A stretch of DNA of 64,000 bases from Clostridia bacterium (GTDB lineage Bacteria; Bacillota; Clostridia; Oscillospirales; CAG-272). Below the pieces are notes generated by a model that saw only the letters and a program-made list of their open reading frames with translations, was not told the origin of the DNA and searched no databases. The stretch spans positions 57,275-121,274 of the forward strand of contig JAFVQU010000007.1 in NCBI GenBank assembly GCA_017504625.1, read 5' to 3'. A program made the translations under genes and the position numbers. Every line of letters begins with the position of its first letter. The first letter of the stretch is position 1. Of this stretch, positions 26,855 to 36,213 are shown piece by piece.

Positions 26855-27721
26855 TTATTTTTCACAAGTCCAGCGTGAGCTTGCTCCGCAGGGTAAGAAC
26901 GAACCCGACTGCGTTACGCGAAGTCCAAGCTCGTCAGATTCGGTCTTGCCGCCAAATCTTGATTTGACCTTAAGGTCAAGTATGTAATTCATAGTCATGG
27001 GGGAAAGTCCCGTAGTATACGAATTAATGAGGAAGAAAAGAGGCTCGTCGGAAAGTATCTGCGATGCAAGTCCTACGAACTCGTCTATGCTGTCCTCAAG
27101 CTTCCAGACCTCTCCTCCGGGGCCTCTGCCGTAAGAGGGAGGATCCATTATAATGCCGTCGTATTTGTTTTCGCGGCGGATCTCACGCTCAACGAACTTT
27201 TTGCAATCGTCAACAATATAGCGTATAGGCGCGTTCTCAAGTCCCGAAAGCGCGGCGTTTTCCTTTGCCATAGCGACCATTCCCTTTGATGCGTCAACGT
27301 GAACGACTTGCGCTCCCACCTTTGCCGCGGCAACTGTTGCGCCACCCGTGTATGCAAAGAGATTAAGCACCTTTATAGGTCTTTGCGCCTTCTTTATGAG
27401 TGAAGAAAACCAATCCCAGTTTGCCGCCTGCTCGGGAAAGAGTCCCGTATGCTTAAAGCCCATAGGCTTAAGTCTGAATTTGAGGTCACCGTAGGATATA
27501 TCCCACGATTCAGGCGTTTTCTGCTTTATCCAACCGCCTCCGCCGTTGCTTGAACGACGGTAGATTCCGTCTGCTTTTTTCCACGCGGGGTGCTTTGCAA
27601 CACCCTTCCAGATGATCTGCGGATCGGGGCGGATAAGTATATATTTTCCCCAACGCTCAAGGCGTTCTCCGTCAGATGCGTCGAGGAGCTCGTAGTCCTG
27701 CCAATTGTTACTGCAATACAT
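26855..27721 (-). CDS. Class I SAM-dependent methyltransferase (RlmI/YwbD-like rRNA methyltransferase family)
   Basis: The protein contains LNLFAYTGGATVAAA (SAM motif I), DPPSYG and GLFPEQ. I chose the start at ATG 27721 (MYCSNNW) because the longer track ORF would overlap ruvC. Confidence 0.75.
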   Translation of the reverse strand: MYCSNNWQDYELLDASDGERLERWGKYILIRPDPQIIWKGVAKHPAWKKADGIYRRSSNGGGGWIKQKTPESWDISYGDLKFRLKPMGFKHTGLFPEQAANWDWFSSLIKKAQRPIKVLNLFAYTGGATVAAAKVGAQVVHVDASKGMVAMAKENAALSGLENAPIRYIVDDCKKFVEREIRRENKYDGIIMDPPSYGRGPGGEVWKLEDSIDEFVGLASQILSDEPLFFLINSYTTGLSPMTMNYILDLKVKSRFGGKTESDELGLRVTQSGSFLPCGASSRWTCEK

Positions 27722-27768
27722 ATTCTTTATCTCCGTTTTATTTATCGTTTTCGTTTGTTTTAGGATTG

Positions 27769-28266
27769 TTATTTGTTGTAGTAGTCCGCAAGTCGCGAGC
27801 AACCGCTGTGCGCGTGACATACCGCAATTGCAAGCGCGTCCGCAGTATCGTCGGGCTTGGGCGGCGCGGGTAATTTCAGCATTGAGGTAACCATTGCTAT
27901 CACCTGCTTTTTTTCAGCGCGTCCGTAACCTACGACTGCTTGCTTGACCTGAAGCGGCGTATATTCCGCTATTTTTACCCTCGCCAGTCGAGCCGCCAAA
28001 AGTATAATTCCTCTCGCCTCGGCTACAACGATCGCCGTCTTGCCGTTGGTGTTAAAAAACAGCTCCTCAACAGCCATCTCATCGGGGTGATATTTCTCTA
28101 TAAGCTCGAGCATACCTTTGTAAATACGCTCAAGACGATCAACCGTCGGCATTCCCGCGGGTGTAGTTATTGATCCATATCCGAGAGCGCGGAATTTTGA
28201 TCCTGAATATTCAATTACTCCCCAGCCTACGATAGCATATCCGGGGTCTATACCAAGTATGATCAT
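27769..28266 (-). CDS. ruvC: Crossover junction endodeoxyribonuclease RuvC
   Basis: The N-terminus ILGIDPGYAIVGWG carries the catalytic Asp, and the size of 165 aa fits. Confidence 0.92.
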   Translation of the reverse strand: MIILGIDPGYAIVGWGVIEYSGSKFRALGYGSITTPAGMPTVDRLERIYKGMLELIEKYHPDEMAVEELFFNTNGKTAIVVAEARGIILLAARLARVKIAEYTPLQVKQAVVGYGRAEKKQVIAMVTSMLKLPAPPKPDDTADALAIAVCHAHSGCSRLADYYNK

Positions 28267-28405
28267 TTTCCACCTCTAAGTAAATTTGATTGTAAAATGC
28301 GTGACAGACAACACTATCCCATTATCTTTTATCGTGTTATTATATCATATATTTGCGCGCGTGTCAAACTATATTTTAATTTTTTATATTTTTTTATAAA
28401 TATTG

Positions 28406-28434
28406 TTTACAATTTTACTAGAATATGTTATACT
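28406..28434 (+). promoter_or_regulatory. Sigma-A type promoter upstream of DUF951-yfhO (TTTACA-17-TATACT)
   Basis: TTTACA at 28406-28411 and TATACT at 28429-28434 are separated by a 17-nt spacer. Confidence 0.55.
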
Positions 28435-28661
28435 TATACATATTGTTTCGAGGAGTGATAAGTATCGAAATTTTGAAAATCAACGCAGGTGACGTGCTTG
28501 AGCTTAAAAAGCCTCACCCGTGCGGAAACAAACTGTTTAAGGTTATCAGAGTCGGAAGCGACGTTCGTATCGTTTGTCTTGAATGCGGACGTGATATGAC
28601 TCTCGACAGAATAAAGCTTGAAAAGGCAACCAAAAAAATTCTTGAAGATCAAGACAAATGA
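28425..28661 (+). CDS. DUF951 family small protein
   Basis: The translation contains GDVLELKKPHPCG...CLECGR, which is typical of DUF951. The true start is probably internal (GTG 28455 or TTG 28473), because ATG 28425 lies inside the predicted promoter. Confidence 0.7.
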   Translation: MLYLYILFRGVISIEILKINAGDVLELKKPHPCGNKLFKVIRVGSDVRIVCLECGRDMTLDRIKLEKATKKILEDQDK

Positions 28662-28669
28662 GGTAACAA

Positions 28670-31618
28670 ATGAAAAAAAAGAAGGTTATGGGAGCTGTGA
28701 CTGTTGCACCCGATGCACCTATACAGCTTTTAGATAAAAAGCAACCTATAAAGGAAAGAGCATTTAAGTTCTTCAAGGAGAACCGTTTCCTGCTTATATG
28801 CTCTCTTATCCCCGCTCTGCTCGTATATCTTATTTATCTTTGCCGCGGTCAGCATCCCTTTGGCGATGAAACTGTGCTTGTCCTTGACCTTAACGGTCAG
28901 TACGTTTTCTTCTTCAAAGCGCTTCGAAACACGGTAATGGAGGGCGGCAGTCTGCTCTATTCGTGGTCAAGGGCTCTTGGTGGCGAGTTTATGGGACTTT
29001 ACGCCTACTATATCGCAAGCCCGCTTTCATATCTTGTCTGCCTTTTCCCCGAGGATAGAATTCAGGATTTTCTTTTGCTTCTCCTTTGCTTAAAGTCGGC
29101 ACTTTGCGGACTTACCATGGGATTTTATCTCAACAAGCATTCGGTAAGCAAAAACAAGCTCACGACTGTTGCGTTCTCGGTTCTTTACGCGATGAGCGCG
29201 TACGTTATCGTTCAGCAGAACAACACGATGTGGATAGATGCGGTCATTTGGCTTCCCCTCGTAGCATACGGTGTTGAACAGGTCGTTAAATACGGAAAAT
29301 ACAAGCTGTACGTCGTTGCTCTCGCGCTGACGCTTGGAAGTAATTTCTATATAGGCTATATGACCTGTATATTCGTATTCCTGTATTTCTTCTTCTACCT
29401 TATCGCGTATAAGGACAACAACGTAAACAATCCTCTCGGAGAGAAGCGACACTTCCTTAAATCGCTTCTCAGAATTGCGTTTTTCTCTATAATAGCGATC
29501 CTTATAGCCGCAGTCATAATTCTCTGCGCGTACTACTCGCTTGGCTTTGGTAAAGACGAGTTCAACAAGCCTAAGTGGGATATCATTTTAAGACTTGATT
29601 TCTTTGACCTTCTTTTCAAGCTTCTTCCCTCGTCCTACGACACTGTAAGAATTGACGGTCTTCCCTTTATTTACTGCGGTCTTCCCGCAATCATTCTCGC
29701 TCCTCTTTTCTTCTGCTCAAAGAAATTCGGCGCAAGAGAAAAGATCGCAAGCGGAGCCTTCCTTTTCGTATTCGTACTGAGCTTCATTATTGAGCCTGTT
29801 GACCTTGTTTGGCACGGTTTCTCCGAGCCTCAATGGCTAAATAACCGATATAGCTTCATGTTCTGCTTTTTCCTGGTCTCCCTTGCATTCCGCGCGTTTG
29901 AGGCAATTGACGAGCTTGGCACAAAGGCTATTGCGGCATCGTCTGCATTTATCTTCGGCTTCGTGGTGCTGCTTCAACAGTTTGCTCCGCAGTATGAGGA
30001 AAAGCTTCAAACGCTTAAATACGGTAATACCGACTTTATGGTCCATCCGTTTGCCACGATACTCATGTCGGTCATCTTCCTTGTGATCTACGTTTCCGTG
30101 ATTGCGGCAATGCGTAGCACAAAGACACGCAAAAAGCTGGTTTCCTCTTTGCTTATCGTTTTCATTTGCCTTGAGGTGTTCCTCAGCGGCATGTGCAATA
30201 TAATCGATCTTGACAAGGACGTCGGATACTCGAATTACAGCAAATATCAGAATTACGATTACATCTTCTCTGCTATAACCGATACAGTGACCGATCACGA
30301 CGATTCCTTCTACCGAATGGAGAAGACCTATCACAGAAAGATAAACGACAATATGGCTCTTGGAATCAGAGGTCTTTCAAACTCTACCTCAACGCTTAAT
30401 AAGAGCACTATCGAGTTCTTGCGCTCGCTTGGATACTACTCCCAGTCGCACAAATCACAGTATAAGGGTGGAACGCCCGTTACCGACTCCTTGCTTGGGC
30501 TCAAGTATATCATCTCGGAGCACGATTACACCGATATTTACGGCGAGCCCGTGCTTAGCGGAGAGGATTATGCCGCACATCTCGGTATTACGCTTGAGAA
30601 ATTGACCGAAACAACTTATCAGAACGACAGCTACGAGAATTTTACCGCGGCTGATTTTAACGTATACGAAAACAAATATGCGCTTTCTCTCGCATTTGCC
30701 GCGGGTAGCGGAGTTATTGGAATCAACATGAAAGACCATAACTCCTACGTAAAGCCCGAGGAGGAAAAATACAATCCTGACGGATATATCAACCCCTTCG
30801 ACAGAGTTAACGCACTTCTCTCTGCTATCCTTGAAGAAGACGTTGAGGTTTTCAAGCCCGCCGTGCAACAGGGCAATCCCAAGGTAAAGGATACTACTCA
30901 GACAATATCCTCTCAGCACTACAAATACAGCGGCAAGGGTGGAAAGGTTACCTACACCTACACCGTTCCCGAGGGAGTTGACCTCTATCTCTTCCTTCCT
31001 GCGTACTATAATAGATCCATAAAGCTCAAGGGCGACACGATGGACATTTTCGAGGCATCAGCGAAGGAAGTAAAGAACGGTATATCACTTAATTACTGTA
31101 ACGACAGAATAGTTGAGCTTGGCAGAAGCACCGATACCGAATATTCCTTTACAGTTACTATGGAAAAGGATCTTTACTACACTAAGGTCGGCACCGAGTA
31201 TATCTATTATATCGACACCGAGGTCATGAACGACGTCTTTGCACGTATCAAGGCAACCCAGATGACTCTTGACGAGGAATATTCCGAGGACGATATAAGA
31301 GGTACGATAACGACGACGAAGGACAGCCAGCTTATATTGACGACTATTCCCTACGACGAGGGCTGGCAGGTCTACGTTGACGGCGAAAAGGTAAACGTCG
31401 TTGAAGCGGCGGACGCGCTCATCGCATTCCACATTGAAGATGCGGGCGAGCATAGTATCCGATTCGTATACCGATCCAACGCTTTCGTATACGGCTTTAT
31501 ACTCACCTGCGTTGGAATAGCCTCCTTCGTATGCATTATGATCTTTGAGGACAAGCTTAAAAAACTGCCTCTTGTAAAGGTCTTGTTCAACGTTGAAAAA
31601 GGAAAAGACAAAAAATAA
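28670..31618 (+). CDS. yfhO: YfhO family membrane protein (putative glycosyl transferase/flippase-like)
   Basis: The 982-aa product has many N-terminal TM helices, contains LLYSWSRALGGEFMGLYAYYIASPLSYL, and ends in a single TM helix. Confidence 0.8.
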   Translation: MKKKKVMGAVTVAPDAPIQLLDKKQPIKERAFKFFKENRFLLICSLIPALLVYLIYLCRGQHPFGDETVLVLDLNGQYVFFFKALRNTVMEGGSLLYSWSRALGGEFMGLYAYYIASPLSYLVCLFPEDRIQDFLLLLLCLKSALCGLTMGFYLNKHSVSKNKLTTVAFSVLYAMSAYVIVQQNNTMWIDAVIWLPLVAYGVEQVVKYGKYKLYVVALALTLGSNFYIGYMTCIFVFLYFFFYLIAYKDNNVNNPLGEKRHFLKSLLRIAFFSIIAILIAAVIILCAYYSLGFGKDEFNKPKWDIILRLDFFDLLFKLLPSSYDTVRIDGLPFIYCGLPAIILAPLFFCSKKFGAREKIASGAFLFVFVLSFIIEPVDLVWHGFSEPQWLNNRYSFMFCFFLVSLAFRAFEAIDELGTKAIAASSAFIFGFVVLLQQFAPQYEEKLQTLKYGNTDFMVHPFATILMSVIFLVIYVSVIAAMRSTKTRKKLVSSLLIVFICLEVFLSGMCNIIDLDKDVGYSNYSKYQNYDYIFSAITDTVTDHDDSFYRMEKTYHRKINDNMALGIRGLSNSTSTLNKSTIEFLRSLGYYSQSHKSQYKGGTPVTDSLLGLKYIISEHDYTDIYGEPVLSGEDYAAHLGITLEKLTETTYQNDSYENFTAADFNVYENKYALSLAFAAGSGVIGINMKDHNSYVKPEEEKYNPDGYINPFDRVNALLSAILEEDVEVFKPAVQQGNPKVKDTTQTISSQHYKYSGKGGKVTYTYTVPEGVDLYLFLPAYYNRSIKLKGDTMDIFEASAKEVKNGISLNYCNDRIVELGRSTDTEYSFTVTMEKDLYYTKVGTEYIYYIDTEVMNDVFARIKATQMTLDEEYSEDDIRGTITTTKDSQLILTTIPYDEGWQVYVDGEKVNVVEAADALIAFHIEDAGEHSIRFVYRSNAFVYGFILTCVGIASFVCIMIFEDKLKKLPLVKVLFNVEKGKDKK

Positions 31619-31645
31619 AATCCCCTATCTGAAAGGACTTTTTGA

Positions 31646-32266
31646 ATGTTTTATTATATTTCGGGAATATTGGCTTATGCCAATCCCACAACCGCGGTGA
31701 TCGACGCGGGCGGCGTGGGCTACAAGCTCACTATAAGCGAGAATACCTACAATTCTCTCCCTCCCCGTCACACCGTTGATGCCCCCGAGGCAAAGCTTTT
31801 CACCTATATGGCGGTCAGAGAGGACGGAATCGAGCTTTTCGGCTTTGCAAATGAGGCTGAGCTTTCATCCTTCAAGATGCTTCTCTCGGTTTCGGGTGTA
31901 GGACCTAAGGCGGCTATATCGATCCTTTCGCTTCTTACTCCCGAAAGATTTGCTCTTGCGGTTTGTACAGAGGATAGAAAAACAATTGCAAAGGCAAACG
32001 GAATAGGGCCTAAGACCGCGGCAAGAATCATACTTGAGCTTAAGGACAAGCTCGTAAAGACTACCGATGTAGGCACTGTCGCAAGCGCAAGCATTGAAAC
32101 TCCCGCCGTACCCACAAACGCAGGCAAGCTTGCAGAGGCGCAGGATGCACTTCTCGTGCTTGGATATTCAAGAAGCGAGGCGTTGAACGTACTCAAGAAT
32201 ATTGATACACAGACTCTCGGGCTTGAAGAAATAATCAAGAGGGCGCTTAAGCTCCTTATGAAATAA
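31646..32266 (+). CDS. ruvA: Holliday junction DNA helicase RuvA
   Basis: The protein has the MFYYISG N-terminus and a helix-hairpin-helix region (GVGPKAAISIL and GIGPKTAARI). Confidence 0.93.
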   Translation: MFYYISGILAYANPTTAVIDAGGVGYKLTISENTYNSLPPRHTVDAPEAKLFTYMAVREDGIELFGFANEAELSSFKMLLSVSGVGPKAAISILSLLTPERFALAVCTEDRKTIAKANGIGPKTAARIILELKDKLVKTTDVGTVASASIETPAVPTNAGKLAEAQDALLVLGYSRSEALNVLKNIDTQTLGLEEIIKRALKLLMK

Positions 32267-32292
32267 TCATCTGAAGAAAGGACAAGTCGACA

Positions 32293-33357
32293 ATGTTTGA
32301 AGAAGAATTTGATTTTGAAAACCGAATAGTTTCGACCTCCTTTTCTGCGGAGGATTCCGACACCGATACCTCTCTTCGTCCCAAAACGCTTGAGGACTAT
32401 ATCGGTCAGGACAAGGCAAAGGAAAATCTTAAGGTCTATATCGACGCTGCAAAGCTTCGCGGCGAATCGCTCGACCACGTGCTTCTCTACGGCCCTCCCG
32501 GTCTTGGTAAGACTACTCTTTCAAATATCATAGCAACCGAAATGGGAGTTAATATCAGAGTAACGTCAGGCCCCGCAATTGAAAAACAGGGTGACCTTGC
32601 CGCACTTCTCACCAATCTCAGCGAGGGTGACGTGCTTTTCATTGACGAGATACACCGCCTCTCACGCTCGGTAGAGGAGATACTCTACCCCGCTATGGAG
32701 GACTACGCGCTTGATATTATTATCGGCAAAGGCCCTTCCGCGAGAAGCATCCGTATCGATCTCCCCAAGTTCACGCTTATTGGCGCGACGACAAGAGCAG
32801 GTCAGCTTACAACTCCCCTGCGCGACCGTTTTGGCGTTGTTCTGAAGCTTGAGCTTTACACTCCCGAGCAGCTTGCAACTATCGTAACGAGAAGCGCGTC
32901 AATACTTGGAATTGATATTACCGAGCAGGGCGCGTATGAAATTGCGTCGCGTTCACGCGGAACGCCCCGAATCGCCAACCGTCTGCTCAAGCGCGTCCGT
33001 GACTTTGCTCAAGTCAACGGCAAGAGCAAAATTGACAATCAGATCGCACAATACGCTCTTAACAAGCTTGATATTGACGAGCTTGGACTTGACAGTACCG
33101 ACAAGAGAATGCTTGAAACTATTATAAAATTCTACGACGGAGGACCGGTTGGACTTGAAACTCTCGCGGCAACGATAGGCGAGGAAGCCATCACCCTTGA
33201 GGACGTTTACGAGCCTTACCTTATGCAGATAGGATACCTCAGCCGCACCCCGAGAGGAAGATGCGTTACACGTCTTGCATACGAGCATCTCGGACTTACC
33301 CCCAAAAGTGTAAATAACGGTACACAGCAGCTTGATTTCTTTAGCGAGGAAAAATAA
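32293..33357 (+). CDS. ruvB: Holliday junction DNA helicase RuvB
   Basis: The protein has Walker [10 protein letters not shown] and DEIHRL, and LRP...YIGQ near the N-terminus. Confidence 0.95.
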   Translation: MFEEEFDFENRIVSTSFSAEDSDTDTSLRPKTLEDYIGQDKAKENLKVYIDAAKLRGESLDHVLLYGPPGLGKTTLSNIIATEMGVNIRVTSGPAIEKQGDLAALLTNLSEGDVLFIDEIHRLSRSVEEILYPAMEDYALDIIIGKGPSARSIRIDLPKFTLIGATTRAGQLTTPLRDRFGVVLKLELYTPEQLATIVTRSASILGIDITEQGAYEIASRSRGTPRIANRLLKRVRDFAQVNGKSKIDNQIAQYALNKLDIDELGLDSTDKRMLETIIKFYDGGPVGLETLAATIGEEAITLEDVYEPYLMQIGYLSRTPRGRCVTRLAYEHLGLTPKSVNNGTQQLDFFSEEK

Positions 33358-33358
33358 T

Positions 33359-34381
33359 ATGAGAAAATATCTTTTACCCGAAAACGGCAATTTTTATAAG
33401 GCAAATCTTCATTGTCACACAATTTTTTCCGACGGAGCAAAAACTCCCGCCGAGGTAAAGGAAATATACAAAAAGCTTGGATATTCGATAGTCGCGTACA
33501 CCGACCACGATATCCTTATTCCCCACGACGAGCTAAACGACGACAATTTTCTTGCTTTGCACGGCTTTGAGGTCGAGGTCAACGAGGAAAACGGCAAGCC
33601 TTGGCCTGAAATCAAGACCTGCCACATCTGCTTTATCGGTCTTGAGCCCGAAAATATAACTCAACCTTGCTGGCACAGATCGGCATATCTTTTCGGCAAC
33701 GCTCCCAAGTATCGTGAAATGGTTAAATTTGATGAAAACGAGCCCGATTTCATTCGCCATTATGATGGTGAAACGATCTCAACCATTATGAAGGCCGCGC
33801 GAGATAAAGGCTTTTTCGTAACATACAATCACCCGACCTGGTCGTGTGAGCATTACCCCGACTACATAAATTACCACGGTATGCACGCCTTTGAGATGTT
33901 TAACGGCGGCTGTATCGCGGCAGGCTGGGACGACTACAATCCCCGCGTTTACGATGATTTTCTTGCAAACGGAGAGAAGATCTACTGCATCGGCGGTGAT
34001 GACAATCACAACGGAGCTGATCCCAATTCCCGCTATTATGACGTTGGATACGCGTGGACGACTATCAAGGCTGACAGACTTGACTACCGCACCGTTACAA
34101 AGGCACTTGAGAACGGCGATTTCTACGCATCCGAGGGACCTGAAATATACGAGCTTTGGTACGAGGACGGAAAGGTTCATATTACCTGCTCTGAGGCAGA
34201 CAGAGTATGCTGTGCTTACGGTATCAGAAACGCAGCGGTTAAATATGCCACAGACGACATGCCTGTAACCGAAGCAGAATTTACGATGTATCCCGACTGG
34301 AAATATTTCCGTATAACCGTCATAGACAAAAACGGCAGACACGCCTGCACGAATGCTTATTTCGGCAGCGAGCTTGAATAA
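33359..34381 (+). CDS. PHP domain-containing phosphoesterase
   Basis: The PHP metal-binding motifs NLHCHTIFSDG and YTDHD are present. The ATG lies 1 nt after the ruvB stop. Confidence 0.7.
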   Translation: MRKYLLPENGNFYKANLHCHTIFSDGAKTPAEVKEIYKKLGYSIVAYTDHDILIPHDELNDDNFLALHGFEVEVNEENGKPWPEIKTCHICFIGLEPENITQPCWHRSAYLFGNAPKYREMVKFDENEPDFIRHYDGETISTIMKAARDKGFFVTYNHPTWSCEHYPDYINYHGMHAFEMFNGGCIAAGWDDYNPRVYDDFLANGEKIYCIGGDDNHNGADPNSRYYDVGYAWTTIKADRLDYRTVTKALENGDFYASEGPEIYELWYEDGKVHITCSEADRVCCAYGIRNAAVKYATDDMPVTEAEFTMYPDWKYFRITVIDKNGRHACTNAYFGSELE

Positions 34382-34383
34382 TC

Positions 34384-34416
34384 AAAAAACACCGATTCGA
34401 CGAATCGGTGTTTTTC
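34384..34416. terminator. Bidirectional terminator between the PHP gene and the ABC exporter genes
   Basis: The stem acaccgatt / aatcggtgt is flanked by an A-run and a T-run. Confidence 0.8.
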
Positions 34417-34419
34417 TTT

Positions 34420-36213
34420 TTAGTTATTATCAAACTGACTGTTCCAAAGATTATAGTAAAAGCCTTTATTCTCAAGGAGTGTCACGTGGTCACCCTTCTC
34501 GATTATTCTTCCGTTATTCATAACGAGAATTATATCGGCTTCCTTTATAGTGGAAAGACGGTGCGCAACGACAAAAGACGTTCTTCCCTTCATCATCTTT
34601 GCAAAAGCGTCCTGTATCTTCATCTCGGTACGTGTATCAATTGAAGAAGTTGCTTCGTCAAGTATAAGCATGGGCGGCAGACAAAGCAGAACTCTCGCGA
34701 TGCAAAGCAGCTGCTTTTGTCCCTGTGAGAGAGCGCCGCCATCCTCGCCTATCACCGTATCATAACCCTTTGGCAGCTGACGAATAAAGCTATGCGCGTG
34801 CGCGCCCTTAGCCGCGGCGATGATCTCCTCGTCTGTCGCGTCGGTCTTACCCATAGCGATGTTTTCACGTATCGTTCCGCTCTTGAGCCACGTTTCCTGC
34901 AAGACCATTCCGTACGAGCGACGGAGAGAAGATCTTGTAATATTGCGGATATCGTGTCCGCTGACCTCAATTTTGCCGCTGTCAACGTCATAAAATCTCA
35001 TAAGCAGATTAATGACCGTAGTCTTTCCGCATCCCGTAGGGCCAACAATCGCAACTCTCTGACCGTTTTCGATCGAAAGATTAAAGTCCTTGATAAGCTC
35101 TCGGTCAGGTGTGTAAGAAAATTCAACGTTTTTAATATTAATCTTGCCGTTGACTTCACCTTCTTCAAGCACGTGAGCATCTGGGGCATCGGGTATCTGA
35201 GCCTCTGCGTCAATAAGCTCGAAAACTCTTGCCGCGCAGGCAAGCGAATTTTGAAGCTCGGTTATAACGCCCGATATCTCGTTAAAGGGCTTGGTATACT
35301 GATTGGCGTAGTTAAGCAGACTCGTCAGCGCGCCGACAGAGATAGCAACTCCTCCGCTTGATATACAGATAAGCGCGCCTGAGAGCGCAACTCCCGCATA
35401 AACGAGGTTATTTACAAAGCGCGTACAAGGATTTGTAAGTGACGAATAGAAAAGTGCTTTAAGCGAGTGCTTTTGAAGTCTTGCGTTTATTTCATCAAAG
35501 CGCTCAAGAGCCTCGTCCTCATGTGAGAATGCCGCAACGGTCTTTTGCTCACCGATCATTTCGTCAATAAGGGCAGTCTGCTCCGCTCTCGTTTCGGACT
35601 GCTTTTTGAAAAGCGAGTAGGTATTCTTTGCAATAAACGCCGCAACGAAAAGTGACACTGGTGTGACAAGCACCACAACTGCAGTTACCGTCAAATTGAT
35701 AGACAGCATAATTCCTATCGTACCAAGTATCGTCAGCACTCCTGTAAAAAGCTGTGAAAAGCCCATAAGGAGTCCGTCAGAGAACTGATCAACGTCGCCT
35801 ATAATTCGGCTGACGATATCACCTACCGAGCGCGAATCAAGGTAAGACAGAGGAAGCTCCTGGATCTTTTTAAAAGCATCGCGACGAAGTCTGCGCACGA
35901 TACCAAATGTAATTCGGTTATTGCATACGTTCATCAACCATTGCAACACCGCGGTAACTACCGCAACGATTCCTATTTTTACAAGTATATTGAATATACC
36001 GTCAAAATCGACCTGTCCTTTGCCGATTGCAAGGTCAATAGCGTTTCCGACAAGGATAGGAATATAGAGCGTAAGCGCAACTATAGCTGCTGCCAGAACC
36101 AGAGAAACGGCAAAAAGAAGCTTGTATTTGTTAAGATACTTCAAAACCTTTTTTACAGTTGCGGCGGTTGATGCTCCCGCATTCTTTTTAATTTTCTGAT
36201 GCTTTGCCATCAA
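34420..36213 (-). CDS. ABC exporter, fused permease/ATPase (type I exporter half-transporter)
   Basis: An N-terminal 6-TM domain is followed by Walker A GPTGCGKTT, signature LSQGQKQLL and Walker B LILDEATS. Confidence 0.88.
   Translation of the reverse strand: MMAKHQKIKKNAGASTAATVKKVLKYLNKYKLLFAVSLVLAAAIVALTLYIPILVGNAIDLAIGKGQVDFDGIFNILVKIGIVAVVTAVLQWLMNVCNNRITFGIVRRLRRDAFKKIQELPLSYLDSRSVGDIVSRIIGDVDQFSDGLLMGFSQLFTGVLTILGTIGIMLSINLTVTAVVVLVTPVSLFVAAFIAKNTYSLFKKQSETRAEQTALIDEMIGEQKTVAAFSHEDEALERFDEINARLQKHSLKALFYSSLTNPCTRFVNNLVYAGVALSGALICISSGGVAISVGALTSLLNYANQYTKPFNEISGVITELQNSLACAARVFELIDAEAQIPDAPDAHVLEEGEVNGKINIKNVEFSYTPDRELIKDFNLSIENGQRVAIVGPTGCGKTTVINLLMRFYDVDSGKIEVSGHDIRNITRSSLRRSYGMVLQETWLKSGTIRENIAMGKTDATDEEIIAAAKGAHAHSFIRQLPKGYDTVIGEDGGALSQGQKQLLCIARVLLCLPPMLILDEATSSIDTRTEMKIQDAFAKMMKGRTSFVVAHRLSTIKEADIILVMNNGRIIEKGDHVTLLENKGFYYNLWNSQFDNN

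Noticed and set aside
26855-27820. The long form (321 aa) of the methyltransferase ORF.
   Set aside because: The N-terminal 33 codons would overlap the 3' end of ruvC by about 50 nt. The conserved protein starts at MYCSNNW (ATG 27721).
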